Positions 24,702 through 35,149 of a DNA stretch of 64,000 bases are shown one piece after another. The DNA lies in assembly GCA_964188305.1 (NCBI GenBank), contig OZ076892.1. One strand, written 5' to 3'. The DNA comes from Podarcis bocagei. Lineage: Eukaryota. Each line of letters starts with the position of its first letter. The first letter of the stretch is position 1. The translations under genes were made by a program, and so were the position numbers. The notes beneath the pieces were generated by a model, which had not been told where the DNA came from, searched no databases, and worked only from the letters and a program-made list of their open reading frames with translations.

Positions 24702-25195
24702 AATAAATAATAAGTAAGTAAATTTTTATTTATACCCCGCCCTTCCCAGTTCAGAAAACCGGGCTCAGGGCAGTTAGCAACAAATTTAAAACACTTAATT
24801 GATGCAACAAAAAACAGCATAAAATGCAGTATAAAATGTGAATAACAGAATAACAATAAATTCCGAATTCAACAATCAATTTAGGGGGGAAATCCATCCA
24901 ATAAACATTAGATGATCACCAGGGCTGGCTGGCTAAATTAGTCCTCTTTGGACCAACGAGGAGACCAGGGGAGAATTAGCTGTGGGATCCCAGAGCGGGT
25001 AATCTTCATAAAAGGGGAGGGGGAGGGAAGGAAGGAAGGGGAATAAAAGATCAGGCTAAGTTCAAATTGAAAGCCAGGTGGAATAGCTCTGTCTTACAGG
25101 CCCTGCGGAAGGAAGTTAAATCCTGCAGGGCCCTGGTCTCATGGGACAGAGCATCCCACCAGGTCGGAGCCATCACTGAGAAGGCCCTGGCCCTG
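24702..25195 (-). mobile_element. L2 LINE 3' end
   Basis: The minus strand encodes RARAFSVMAPTWWDALSHETRALQDLTSFRRACKTELFHLAF (L2 ORF2 terminus), then a 3' UTR and TTTA tail. TGGTA is repeated at the flanks. Confidence 0.85.
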
Positions 25196-25682
25196 ATGGT
25201 AGGCTTACCCTGCATGAATTTCTGCAGTCCTCTTTGAGACCATCTAAGCTTCTGCCTCTTGTGAGAGCAGGTTCCATCGTTTAACTAGGTCCTGAATGAA
25301 GCACTTCCTTTCGTCTGGCCTGAGTCTCCCAACATTCAACTTCGTAGGATGTCCACGAGTTCTAGCGTTCCGAGAGACGGAGAAAAGCTTTTCTCTAGCC
25401 GCTTTCTTCACGCGGTGCATAATTGTTCACGCACTTCTGTAGTGTCACCTCTTTACCTTTTCTCTCGGCTACAAATTCCCAAATATGACAGCCTTTCCTC
25501 ACAGCACTTACTTGCTGCTGTGCAGTGAAAACCTGGATGCAGATGTGACTGTAAGGAGGATGGGTAATCATAATGGGCTCTACCGAAAGACAGCCTTCAA
25601 CCAAAGGGACCCTCTTGGTTTGTGGGCGGCATGAACATGGGATATTCAGCTGGGTTGTGCATTATACTCTGTGTCAAACAGA

Positions 25683-25685
25683 ATA

Positions 25686-25738
<53 letters not shown>
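25683..25738. repeat. (TAA)n microsatellite
   Basis: Seen directly. Confidence 0.95.
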
Positions 25739-25740
<2 letters not shown>

Positions 25741-25810
25741 CATATACTGTGCAATTAAAAAAACAGCAATCCAGATAAACTAAGCAGGTTGATGCCTTTT
25801 GCACACATTA

Positions 25811-26036
25811 CAGTGGTACCTCGGGTTACATACGCTTCAGGTTACAGACTCCGCTAACCCAGAAATAGTGCTTCAGGTTAAGAACTTTGCTTCAGGTTAA
25901 GAACAGACATCGGGCTCCGGTGACACGGCAGCAGTGGGAGGCCCCATTAGCTAAAGTGGTGCTTCAGGTTAAGAACAGTTTCAGGTTAAGTACGGACCTC
26001 TGGAACGAATTAAGTACTTAACCCGAGGTACCACTG
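25811..26036. mobile_element. Tc1/mariner-type MITE, family A (opposite orientation)
   Basis: Perfect TIRs and TA flanks. Confidence 0.92.
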
Positions 26037-26845
26037 TATTTATTTTTTCACATTTTCCCCTTTTGCAGTTGGGGCAAAGAATGAGGCAGAACTTTGAACT
26101 TCCATCCAAGGCTGTTGTGAGCACTGGGTGTGCTTGGCCCATTGCCTGCACCGCAAAGGGATACACTACAACTGCTGAGTGTGTGTTGTGTGGGTTGCAC
26201 ACACATGACTCCAAGATGAGCTGCGCCAGTGGCCCTTGAAGTCTGAGCAGCTAAGGCTGAGCTGAAACCTCTCAAGCTATTCCCCCCCCCCCAGCTGCCG
26301 CGACTGAAAATGCCCACTTCTTCTCTGTTATGCAGCATGACCCGCAAACGTTTCTGCTGCTTTTTGCCCATGCTGTGTAGGTCCCTGCACTGGGAAGCCC
26401 CAGCCTTCTTCTGGGGCACATTAACTACTGACACTGTTGGCCAATTTGCATTTCACTTGGTCTGCAGCCAAAAGAATTGGCTGTTCATTTCAGATCCGTA
26501 TGGCTCGCTGGTTCGTGGACCTCATTGGCCCCTTGGAAATTGCCGTGTCGCCATTCTGCGATGACAGCAGCAGCCGTGGGTGGCAAAACTCTTTTCAGGG
26601 TCTAAGCTAGGGCTGGGGAACCTTTTCCAGCTCTGTAGTCCTTATAGCCATCTGGCTTTTCTGATGGAAGGGACCTTTGTAGCAAGAAGGTCTCAGGTTC
26701 GAAACCTGGCATCTCCAGGTAAAAGGATCAGGTAAGGTGGTGATTGTTAAGACTCTTTCCCACATAAGACCCTGGTGAACCACTTGCCAGGCAGAGCAGA
26801 CCAAGGATCCTGAACCGTTTTTATCTTTGGAGAGGTGGGGGGGGG

Positions 26846-27215
26846 TGTTATGTACTGAGTTAAATAGGATCCAAACTGAAGCAGTCTGATTGGTCCTAGA
26901 ACAATAGGATCCAAATTGCAGCAGTCTGATTGGTCCTAGAACAATAGGATTCAGAATGCAGTAGTCTGATTGGTCCAAGAACAATGCAGCAGTATGATTG
27001 GTTGGCAGGAACCACCCAATCATGCTCCAGATATAAGTGAATCCACAACCTGAATGGCTTACAGTAGAATTCCAGAATTAACCAATCATGTGCAGCCCAT
27101 TGTGTAAATAATGTATATAAAGCAGATACTTTGAGGGAACTTTCATTCATTCCTCCTCACCACTATGAGCTGAATAAAGAGCATGAAATCACTTTGCGAC
27201 TCTGAGTATATTTCA
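26846..27215 (+). mobile_element. Solo LTR, 370 bp, sense to FOXO6
   Basis: TG...CA termini inside a G-run (G-run TSD). Three 40-bp tandem units plus a partial fourth, each with CTGATTGG (CCAAT box). TATATAAA at 27114-27121 and AATAAA at 27173-27178. Confidence 0.85.
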
Positions 27216-28208
27216 GGGGGGCATTCGGAAGTCCGTGAAACAGCAGCAGATAGCACAAAATACCCATTTCACAGGAGGAAAAACTAGCGGTGCTCAAACC
27301 CCAAACTTCACAACCTTACAAACAAACAGCACCAAAAAAAGAGGGGTCTTATTTTTAGAAGGGGAGGAGCCCACAGGGCCTTGATGGGTTCTAAAGGGGT
27401 TGGGTGTCTAAGAACGCCATGATGCCCCCGAATGCCGTATTGGGCTAGATGGATTATGGGTCTGACTCAGGGCAAGGCAGCTTCCTGTCTTCCTATGACT
27501 CAACTGCAGTGGTGTTCACCACAGAAGGAAGGCTGAGAGAACTCCCACTTAGGGCTGAAATAGCCAAGGCACTGTCATGTAATTAGGAACTGGGCAAATG
27601 GCTTTCAAAAACTAAATTGCAGGCATCGCTTCCTGGGTCTCAACTGAGGGTCTTGAATGCAAGGAGGGGGGGACGTTTTCAGGGAGCTTTAACCCTTTGC
27701 CTCCCGCTGCAGTCCTAAACCTGATCCGGCCTCCTGTTCCATCCTCCCCCCCAGCTGCATGAAAATAGTAGGATGGGCATGGAGAATCCACATCAGGACT
27801 GCAGTGGGGTGGCAAAGAGATAAAACCTCTATGCTGCACCAGGGTCTTAATCCTCATGCCCCCCCCCATGCCTGCTACTTACATTTTGAAAAGCCATTCA
27901 TGCAGTTATGGATTGGGTGGGTTCTGTTGCATATGCTTTGGTCCTTACTAAGTTTGAGAGGGTTAGCCATGCGAGCCTGTTAGAGGCTCTGGAGTAAGGA
28001 CTGGATCCACAATCGGTCATATTTAGAGTCAAACTATTGAAATCAGAGGAACTTAATGACTATGGCAGCTTCCTACATTCCTAAAATACACAATTAAAAT
28101 GTTTTATTTGAAAGAACAACGGACCACCTCTGAGATTAATCCACTTCGGGCAACCAGGCAGCCTCCAGATGTTCTGGACTGCACAATTCCCATCAGCCTC
28201 AGCCAGTA

Positions 28209-28437
28209 CAGTCATATCTCAGGTTACAGATGCTCCAGGTTGCGGTTTTTGGGGTTACAGACCGCCGAAACCCGGAAGTACTGGAATGGGTTACTTCTGG
28301 GTTTCGGCGGTCGTGCATGCGCAGATGCGCCGAATTGTAACCCGCGCATGTGCAGACACACTGCTGCGGGTTGCAAACACTGCGGCTTGCGAACATGCAT
28401 CCCGCATGGATCATGTTCGCAACCCGAGTTTCCACTG
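28209..28437. mobile_element. Tc1/mariner (Tigger-like) MITE, family B, with internal hairpin
   Basis: TA|CAGT...ACTG|TA ends with imperfect TIRs, CpG-rich, splitting an older palindromic MITE. Confidence 0.75.
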
Positions 28438-30098
28438 TATAGTCCAAAACATCTGGAGGGTGACAGGTTGCCGAAGGCTGAGATGAATATCCTTAGAAGG
28501 CCAGCTCTGCTCTCTTCTAGTGAGTCCACCCGCAAGTCTCAGCATCAGTGGGACCACCAGAGCCTCTTATTGGGTGGGATTCCCCCCTGCTTTGCCCACC
28601 GCCTGCCCCCTCTGCCCCATCTTCCCACTGGGGCTTTTAAGCCCTCGCGCCCTGGAAGCCCCCCTTTCCAGAGTTGCATTCTGCATCTCGGCTGGGAGAG
28701 CCCTGCCGGCAGCCAAGTTAAAAATAGCTACAAGGAGGCTGCACTCAAGCATCTAATCAGCCGCCAGTCAATTGCCTGCCCGTCTGAAGAGCAGCTCATC
28801 AGAGGCAGCACCGGCGGCAGCGGCAGCAGTTGCTAATCAACAGTTAACCCAGGGTTGCTCACAAGATCCCAGCACAACTGGATGGCCGAGGGGGCCCTGG
28901 CTGGGAGGATCAAGCTGCAAAGCACACCCAAGGAGATGGGACCAGGCCTGATTCAATCTATGTCCAGCTGGGGTGGGGTAGGGGTGCAGCTTTTGGTTTG
29001 CATTGCAGTGAGAAGCCACCTGGTTTGCACTCTTGCAAACCGAAGCACAGCTAACCTTCAAAATTCACCCTTCTCCGAATTTTCCGATGCAGTTCTCCAA
29101 CCAACAAATGTGCAAAAGAAAAGAAAAAAGCATATGTTCGTGTGGATAAAAATGGATGTGTTAGTGAAAAGAAGACCCTGAAACACTTTCTGTTGCTTCC
29201 ATAAACGTGTGTGAGAATCAGCACTGCGTACAGGTTATTAGGAGAAAATTGCACTAAAATGCTGGCGAATGTTCAATAGGATTATTATTATTTTTAAATG
29301 GCAAATTGCTCAAGAAATGTGGAGAGCTGAATTTAACATTGGATAAAAAACGATGTGAAATTGAGAGGAACTGAAATTGACAGATTTGTCCATCCCTGGC
29401 GTAGGAGGATTCCAGTTTGGCCTGTGGGAATGGACTGTAGCTTAGTGAAAACACATCTACCATACAGGAACAAGGTCTTAAATTTGAACTCAACCCACTC
29501 ACCAAGGAAAGGGACTACTGTTAACAGCAACATAAGCTCAAGCCCAGAGCAATAGAGAGAGGTTTCTGTGCCAAGGGAGCCTGCTGGTGGCATTACTCTG
29601 AATTGGCACTTCCTCATCACAGGGACTGGGGCCAAACCAGCTTTCCCCAGGCTCAGTCACTGGTAGAATGCAACAAATCCTTGCCCACATACTCCCCTCC
29701 CCACCAAAGGCATCATCCTTGTAACACATGCATATTGTCACAGAGCCAACCTTTCTCTCTTCCCCTATTGCATTCATGCACACATATGCACACACAAAAT
29801 GCTCAAAACAGCCCTTTCTGGCAACCCTCTTTGCTTGCAGTGCTGTATTTCAAAGCTATTGTCATCCTATAAGTACCCCCAGGTTCCACACATACATCCA
29901 CCTTCCCCGCAGGTTGTCTTCTCTTAGGGTGGCTGTATTTGGGTTCTCATATGAATATCAGTCAATCCAACAAATGCTCGTGTTGCTGTTTCCCCCTTCA
30001 CTTATGTTGGAAGCCGCAATCAGGAACCAAGCAAGCCTTGCTTCTGTGCATCTAAAAGGGGAGAAATACAAGTAATGGATATACAGGCATATTGCATA

Positions 30099-30552
30099 CC
30101 GTATTTTTCGCTCTATAGGGCGCACCCGACCACAGGACGCACCTTGTTTTAGGGGGGAGAACAAGAAAAAAAACCCCCCCTCTCTGCTCAGCGCCCCTTC
30201 AGCCAAGCGGCAGGAGAAATGGAGCTGCACTGCTCTCCCTCTCTGCTGAAGCCAGGAGAGTCTTGCTCTCCCGGCTTCAGCAAAAGGAACCTGAAGCCTG
30301 TGGAGCGCAGCGGGATCTCGCACTGCGCTCCGAAGGCTTCAGGCGGCTATCCCGACCCCTCTCGCTCTCCAGGCTTCAGCGAAAGCAACATGAAGCCTCC
30401 GAAGTGCAGAGGGTGTACTCCCTCCGCGCTCCGGAGGCTTCGCATTGCTATTGCTGAAGCCAAAGAGCCTGCATTCGCTCCATAGGACGCACACACATTT
30501 CCCCTTAATTTTTGGAGGGGAAAAAGTGCGTTCTATAGAGCGAAAAATACGG
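30099..30552. mobile_element. Tc1/mariner-superfamily (CCGTA-terminus, Tc2/pogo-like) non-autonomous element
   Basis: Perfect 20-bp TIR CCGTATTTTTCGCTCTATAG, TA flanks (30097-30098, 30553-30554), CpG-rich interior. Confidence 0.88.
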
Positions 30553-31276
30553 TAATTGACACAGTGTGTGTGTGTGATTGTGTGTGTGTGTGTGTTCCTT
30601 CCACTCAAGTGTCGTAGTTGGTACGGGGAGATGGGAAAGCTGTGCCCCTGCAGACACTGTCAAACTACAACTCCCATCATCACTGATCATTGGGCCCTGC
30701 TAACTGGGACTGATGGAAGTTGGAATCCAGCAGCTTCCCGACACCCAGATTTGAGTGTCAACTGTGGAGACCTGGGTTCAAATCTCTACTGAACCATAAA
30801 GCTCACTGGGTGACCATACTGTCTGGGGCTGAGCTGAGTTTTCCAAAACATCTAGAAGGGACCACGTTGCCAAAGGCTGATTTAACACATTTATGTCTCT
30901 TTAAAACAAACAAACAGATTTTAATGGAGTGTTTTAGGAACATAGGAAGCTACCGTAGACATGACTAAATGAAGTTCCAATGATTTCAGTAGTTCTGCTC
31001 TAGGAATGACTGATCCAGCCTGTTGTTTTGATTTGGTCTAATGTGACTAAGTCTCTGGAGTTAAGTGAAAGTAAGGGGCAAAATATATGCAGTGGCATTC
31101 CTGTGTCTGAGTGGCTTTTTAAAAGTAAGTAGCAGGCATAGGGGGCCATGAATATTAAGACCCTGGTGCATATATATGTATGTGTAAGGTAGGGGCCTCA
31201 ACTCTTTGCCACTTTCCCTCAGCTGAAACTACCTCACAGGGTTCTCATGAAAGGAAGAAAAAAGAGGAACCATGTA

Positions 31277-31518
31277 CAGTGGTATCTCGGGTTACATACG
31301 CTTCAGGTTACATACGCTTCAGGTTACAGACTCCGCTAACCCAGAAATAGTGCTTCAGGTTAGGAATTTTGCTTCAGGATGAGAACAGAAATCATGCTCT
31401 GGCGGCGCAGTGGCAGCGGGAGGCCCCCTTAGCTAAAGTGGTGCTTCAGGTTAAGAACAGTTTCAGGTTAAGAACAGACCTCCGGAACGAATTAAGTACT
31501 TAACCCGAGGTACCACTG
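31277..31518. mobile_element. Tc1/mariner-type MITE, family A (opposite orientation)
   Basis: TIRs and TA flanks. It interrupts a CORE-type SINE remnant. Confidence 0.92.
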
Positions 31519-32163
31519 TATGCTCCTTAGAGGAGGGTTGGATGCAAATGTAATAAGTAATAAAATAAATGCAGCTTGAGATGTTGGAATTGCAAGGGCG
31601 AAGCCTCCCCAACCAAAGCCTCTTCTGGGGTTCAGGTTTCATTTTATGATATTACAAATACACTTGTGTGTCTTTTTATGGCAGGCTCTGATGACCTCGG
31701 GGGAAAGAGTTTGGCCTCTTCTGAAAATCCCCAAAGAGGAATACTGCTATCCCCCCCCCCCCCCGTCCAAGCTATCTGTGCTGGCAAGGTGAGGCAATGG
31801 GGGCTGAAACAACAGAGAAATCATCAGATCAAATCAGGAAATCTCCCAGAGTGAATTGGCACTGGGCCCGCTTTGAACAAAGGAATGTGGGTTCCTGATT
31901 GAATAGTAATATTCTGGACGCTTCATTCAGGCTTTTGGCAATCAGGTTCAAACCACACAGACACCCCGCCCCTAGTAATGTGTATTTCAGTTGCTATGAA
32001 GGTAGCCCAGATTTGTCAAGTAGCTGGCTGCTGTTAAGAACCCCTGAAAGGGGAGTACCTCTTCTCTTCCATCTTGGCTGCAGGATTTGTTTTAGCCAAC
32101 CAGGAATTCACTTGGCATCATGTGGCAGTTCACCAAAGCTGAATATGCAGAGGCTGCTAGGAT

Positions 32164-32604
32164 TTGTTGTTGTTGTTGTTGTTGTTTGGTCGTTTAGTCG
32201 TGTCCGACTCTTCGTGACTCCATGGACCAGAGCACGCCAGGCACTCCTGTCTTCCACTGCCTCCCGCAGTTTGGTCAAACTCATGCTGGTAGCTTCGAGA
32301 ACACCGTCCAACCATCTCGTTCTCTGTCATCCCCTTCTCCTTGTGCCCTCCATCTTTCCCAACATCAGGGTCTTTTCCAGGGAGTCTTCTCTTCTCACGA
32401 GGTGGCCAAAGTATTGGAGCCTCAGCTTCACGATCTGTCCTTTCAGTGAGCACTCAGGGCTGATTTCCTTAAGAATGGATAGGTTTGTTCTTCTTGCAGT
32501 CCATGGGACTCTCAAGAGTCTCCTCCAGCACCATAATTCAAAAGCATCTATTCTTCGGTGATCAACCTTCTTTATGGTCCAGCTCTCACTTCCATACATC
32601 ACTA
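32164..32604 (-). mobile_element. Bov-B (RTE) LINE 3' fragment
   Basis: The minus strand reads VMYGSESWTIKK...IDAFELWCWRRLLRVPWTARRTN...LEKTLMLGKMEG...AWRALVHGVTKSRTRLND, followed by a (CAA)n tail. Confidence 0.93.
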
Positions 32605-32804
32605 CAGTGGTACCTTGGGTTACATACACTTCAGGTTACATACACTTCAGGTTACAGACTCCGCTAACCCAGAAATAGTGCTTCAGGTTAAGAGCTTTGC
32701 TTCAGGATAAGAACAGAAATCGTGCTCCAGCAGCGCGGCAGCAGCGGGAGGCCCCATTAGCTAAAGTGGTGCTTCAGGTTAGGAACAGTTTCAGGTTAAG
32801 AACG
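32605..32804. mobile_element. Tc1/mariner-type MITE, family A, truncated and joined to Bov-B
   Basis: Left TIR follows TA at 32603-32604. The last ~40 bp of the family sequence are missing. Confidence 0.88.
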
Positions 32805-32918
32805 AACACTGTCCAACACTGTCCACTGCTAGGATAAGGTGGAAAATTCACACCCATATTGCTTGTCATAAGAAGAGTCCTGCCAAATCAGACCAACGTG
32901 CCATGTAGTCCTGCCTCC

Positions 32919-33057
32919 CATAGAATCATCAGATGGTAGAGTTGGAAGGGATCCCAAGGGTCATCTAGTCCAACCCCCGGCAAGGCAGGAATCTCAGCTA
33001 AAGCATCCATGACAGATGGCCATCCAACCTCTCCTTAAAAATCTCAGAGGAAGGAGA
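32919..33057 (-). mobile_element. CR1 LINE 3' end, same tail as the three tRNA SINEs
   Basis: The reverse complement encodes SPSSEIFKERLDGHLSWML* (CR1 ORF2 terminus), then gattcctgc...gggggttggactagatgaccc...gattctatg. Confidence 0.8.
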
Positions 33058-33240
33058 TATCTCTGAGAAGCCTAACAGCAGGGCATAAAGAAAACAGCCT
33101 CTCCACTCACCGGTACTGGAATCCAGCGGCATGTTCTTTCTGAATATCGAGGTTCTAATCAAACATCATGGCTGATAGCCACTGAAATACCTACCCTCCA
33201 TGGGCTTGCCATTCCCCGTTTAAACCCGTGGCTGCCGGCA

Positions 33241-33440
33241 CATAGAATCATAGAATCATAGAATCATAGAGTTGGAAGAGACCACAAGGGCCATCGAGTC
33301 CAACCCCCTGCCAAGCAGGAAACACCATCAGAGCACTCCTGACATATGGTTGTCAAGCCTCTGCTTAAAGACCTCCAAAGTAGGAGACTCCACCACACTC
33401 CTTGGCAGCAAATTCCACTGTCGAACAGCTCTTACTGTCA
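33241..33440 (-). mobile_element. Young CR1 LINE 3' fragment
   Basis: (CATAGAAT)x3-4 octamer tail plus CR1 ORF2 C-terminal coding sequence, inserted in an older CR1. Confidence 0.85.
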
Positions 33441-34170
33441 TCTTGTGGCAGTGAGTTCCATAGATGCATTTTTGTTCTTGCCCTGGAACTACTGACAATA
33501 AGTTCCATTGGGCCGACCATGAGTCCCTACGCCATGGGAAAGCACCACCACATTTTCTCGAGATAGTGGTATAACAGTCAGAAGGTTTTTAAAAGGGGAC
33601 TACATTGACTTCAAGAACTCGAGGGCTGTCTCCCCCCCTTCCCTCCTCCTGCCCTATTCTTTCATCAGGACACATTGCCTACCCAAAGCGATTTGCCACT
33701 CAAGTTGTTTTAAATTACCATCCCCTTGTTGCAAGCTGGATTTCCAAAGCTGTGCCCTGACAGTGGGGAAGGGAATGTGCTGGACAGGGGTAGGCAGCTT
33801 GTGCGGTCAACTTTGCGTCAGCTGCTTATCCCGTCAGCTTGAAAATAGCTTTCATGGCTTGTGGTCAGGAGGAGGAGGAGGAGGAAGAAGCAGCAGGTTT
33901 GGATGGGAAACAACCCACTACAGTGCTAAGTCTGAAGGAGAGGGAGCAAGGAAGGGGGGTGCTCCTTTCACAGATAAATGTCTCACGCTTGCCCCAAAGA
34001 CTAGAATCAGGGGTTCAGCTGATACAGGCCACCAGAGCATGCAGTCGTGTGGAGGGGACAGAAAATGGCCTGGCAGAAAGCAGGAGGAGCTTGACTCTAT
34101 TTGTTTATTAAAAGTATGCATGTTCCGCTTTTCTGCCTCAATAAGAGGTAGCTCGCAACACAAAAACAGT

Positions 34171-34207
<37 letters not shown>

Positions 34208-34709
34208 TCACAAACAAAAAAGGCTCAGAGAAAGCAAAAGGCTGCGTAGATAATAGAAGCACAACAATACCAAGGGTGTAAATAATAATGAGTGCGCAGG
34301 CAGCAAGCAAAACAAAAATTAAAAATAGAACTCAAACATCTGATGGGCCGAAGGACCGTTGGAACAAAAAGAAAAGGGGGAGGGGGAGTATTCAGCCTAG
34401 ATCAAAATGTTGCCAGGGAGCCTGCCAGACAAGATTGTCTGTGGCAGCATGTTCCAATCCTTGGGCATGGCACCCCTACCAAATGCGTTTCGGAGCTTAC
34501 TTGCCCCCTCCCACTCACCCTGGTTCGCTGTGACCATGAGCGAGCAATGCTTTGATCTTAAGTTCTTGCGCCTAAAAAACGGATGTACGCCATCTTTGTG
34601 GTTTGCATGTCTGTCCCATTCACAAGTTAAGAGGTGTGTTGGTACGTAGGGGTGGTTCTTGATCTTTTAACCAGATGGAAGGGACAGCTCATCAAACTGA
34701 AGAGGGCTG

Positions 34710-34868
34710 ATAGAATTGCAGAATTGTAGTGCTGGAAGGTCCCCCAAAGGCCATCTAGTCCAACCCCCTGAAACGCAGGAATCCTGCCCGCAGCTGTCCC
34801 TGGGTGAGCTTGAACCACCAACCTTCTAGTTAACAGCCAGATGCACTGACCCATCGTGCCACAGGAGT
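34710..34868 (-). mobile_element. tRNA-Asn(GTT)-headed SINE with CR1-derived tail
   Basis: The reverse complement ctgtggcacgatgggtcagtgcatctggctGTTaactagaaggttggtggttcaagctcacccagggac resembles tRNA-Asn. It is followed by gattcctgc...gggggttggactagatg...ccttcca...attctat. Confidence 0.8.
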
Positions 34869-35025
34869 TTCAGATAGAGGATTTATGAAGTAGGAGACAT
34901 GGCCCTCCTAAACTGAGCTAGATAAATGTAGGAAGGGCTGTGGCTCAAATCCCTGGCATTTCCGGGTAAGGATAGGAATGTCCCCTGCCTGAAATCCTGG
35001 AGAGCTGCTGCCAGTCAGTGTAGAC

Positions 35026-35149
35026 CAGCCTTTCTCAAGATATTGTTGAACTACAACTCCCATCACCCCTAGCTAGCAAGGCCAGAGCTCAGGGATGATG
35101 GGAGTTGTAGTCCAACAACATCTGGGGACCCACAGGTTGAGAACCACTG
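35026..35149. mobile_element. Palindromic hAT MITE (ACTACAACTCCCATCA core)
   Basis: CAG...CTG termini with a perfect 8-bp TSD GTGTAGAC (35018-35025, 35150-35157), inserted in a tRNA SINE. Confidence 0.88.

Larger units (their letters stand above)
24205..25503 (-). mobile_element. Old CR1 3' portion, split by Bov-B and L2
   Basis: ctgctgcatcaggccagtggtccatctagtcca...catgaattt...gttccat matches 11310-11690, 32865-33560 and 55725-56360. Confidence 0.7.

Noticed and set aside
26861-27000. CRISPR-like regularly spaced repeats
   Set aside because: Contiguous 40-bp tandem units without unique spacers, inside an LTR of a vertebrate genome.
28099-28836. 245-aa ORF, the longest in the track
   Set aside because: Runs through two nested MITEs into unique DNA, with no recognisable domain or splice structure.
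31899-32561. 220-aa plus-strand ORF
   Set aside because: Antisense reading of Bov-B. The same peptide recurs at 24419-24706.
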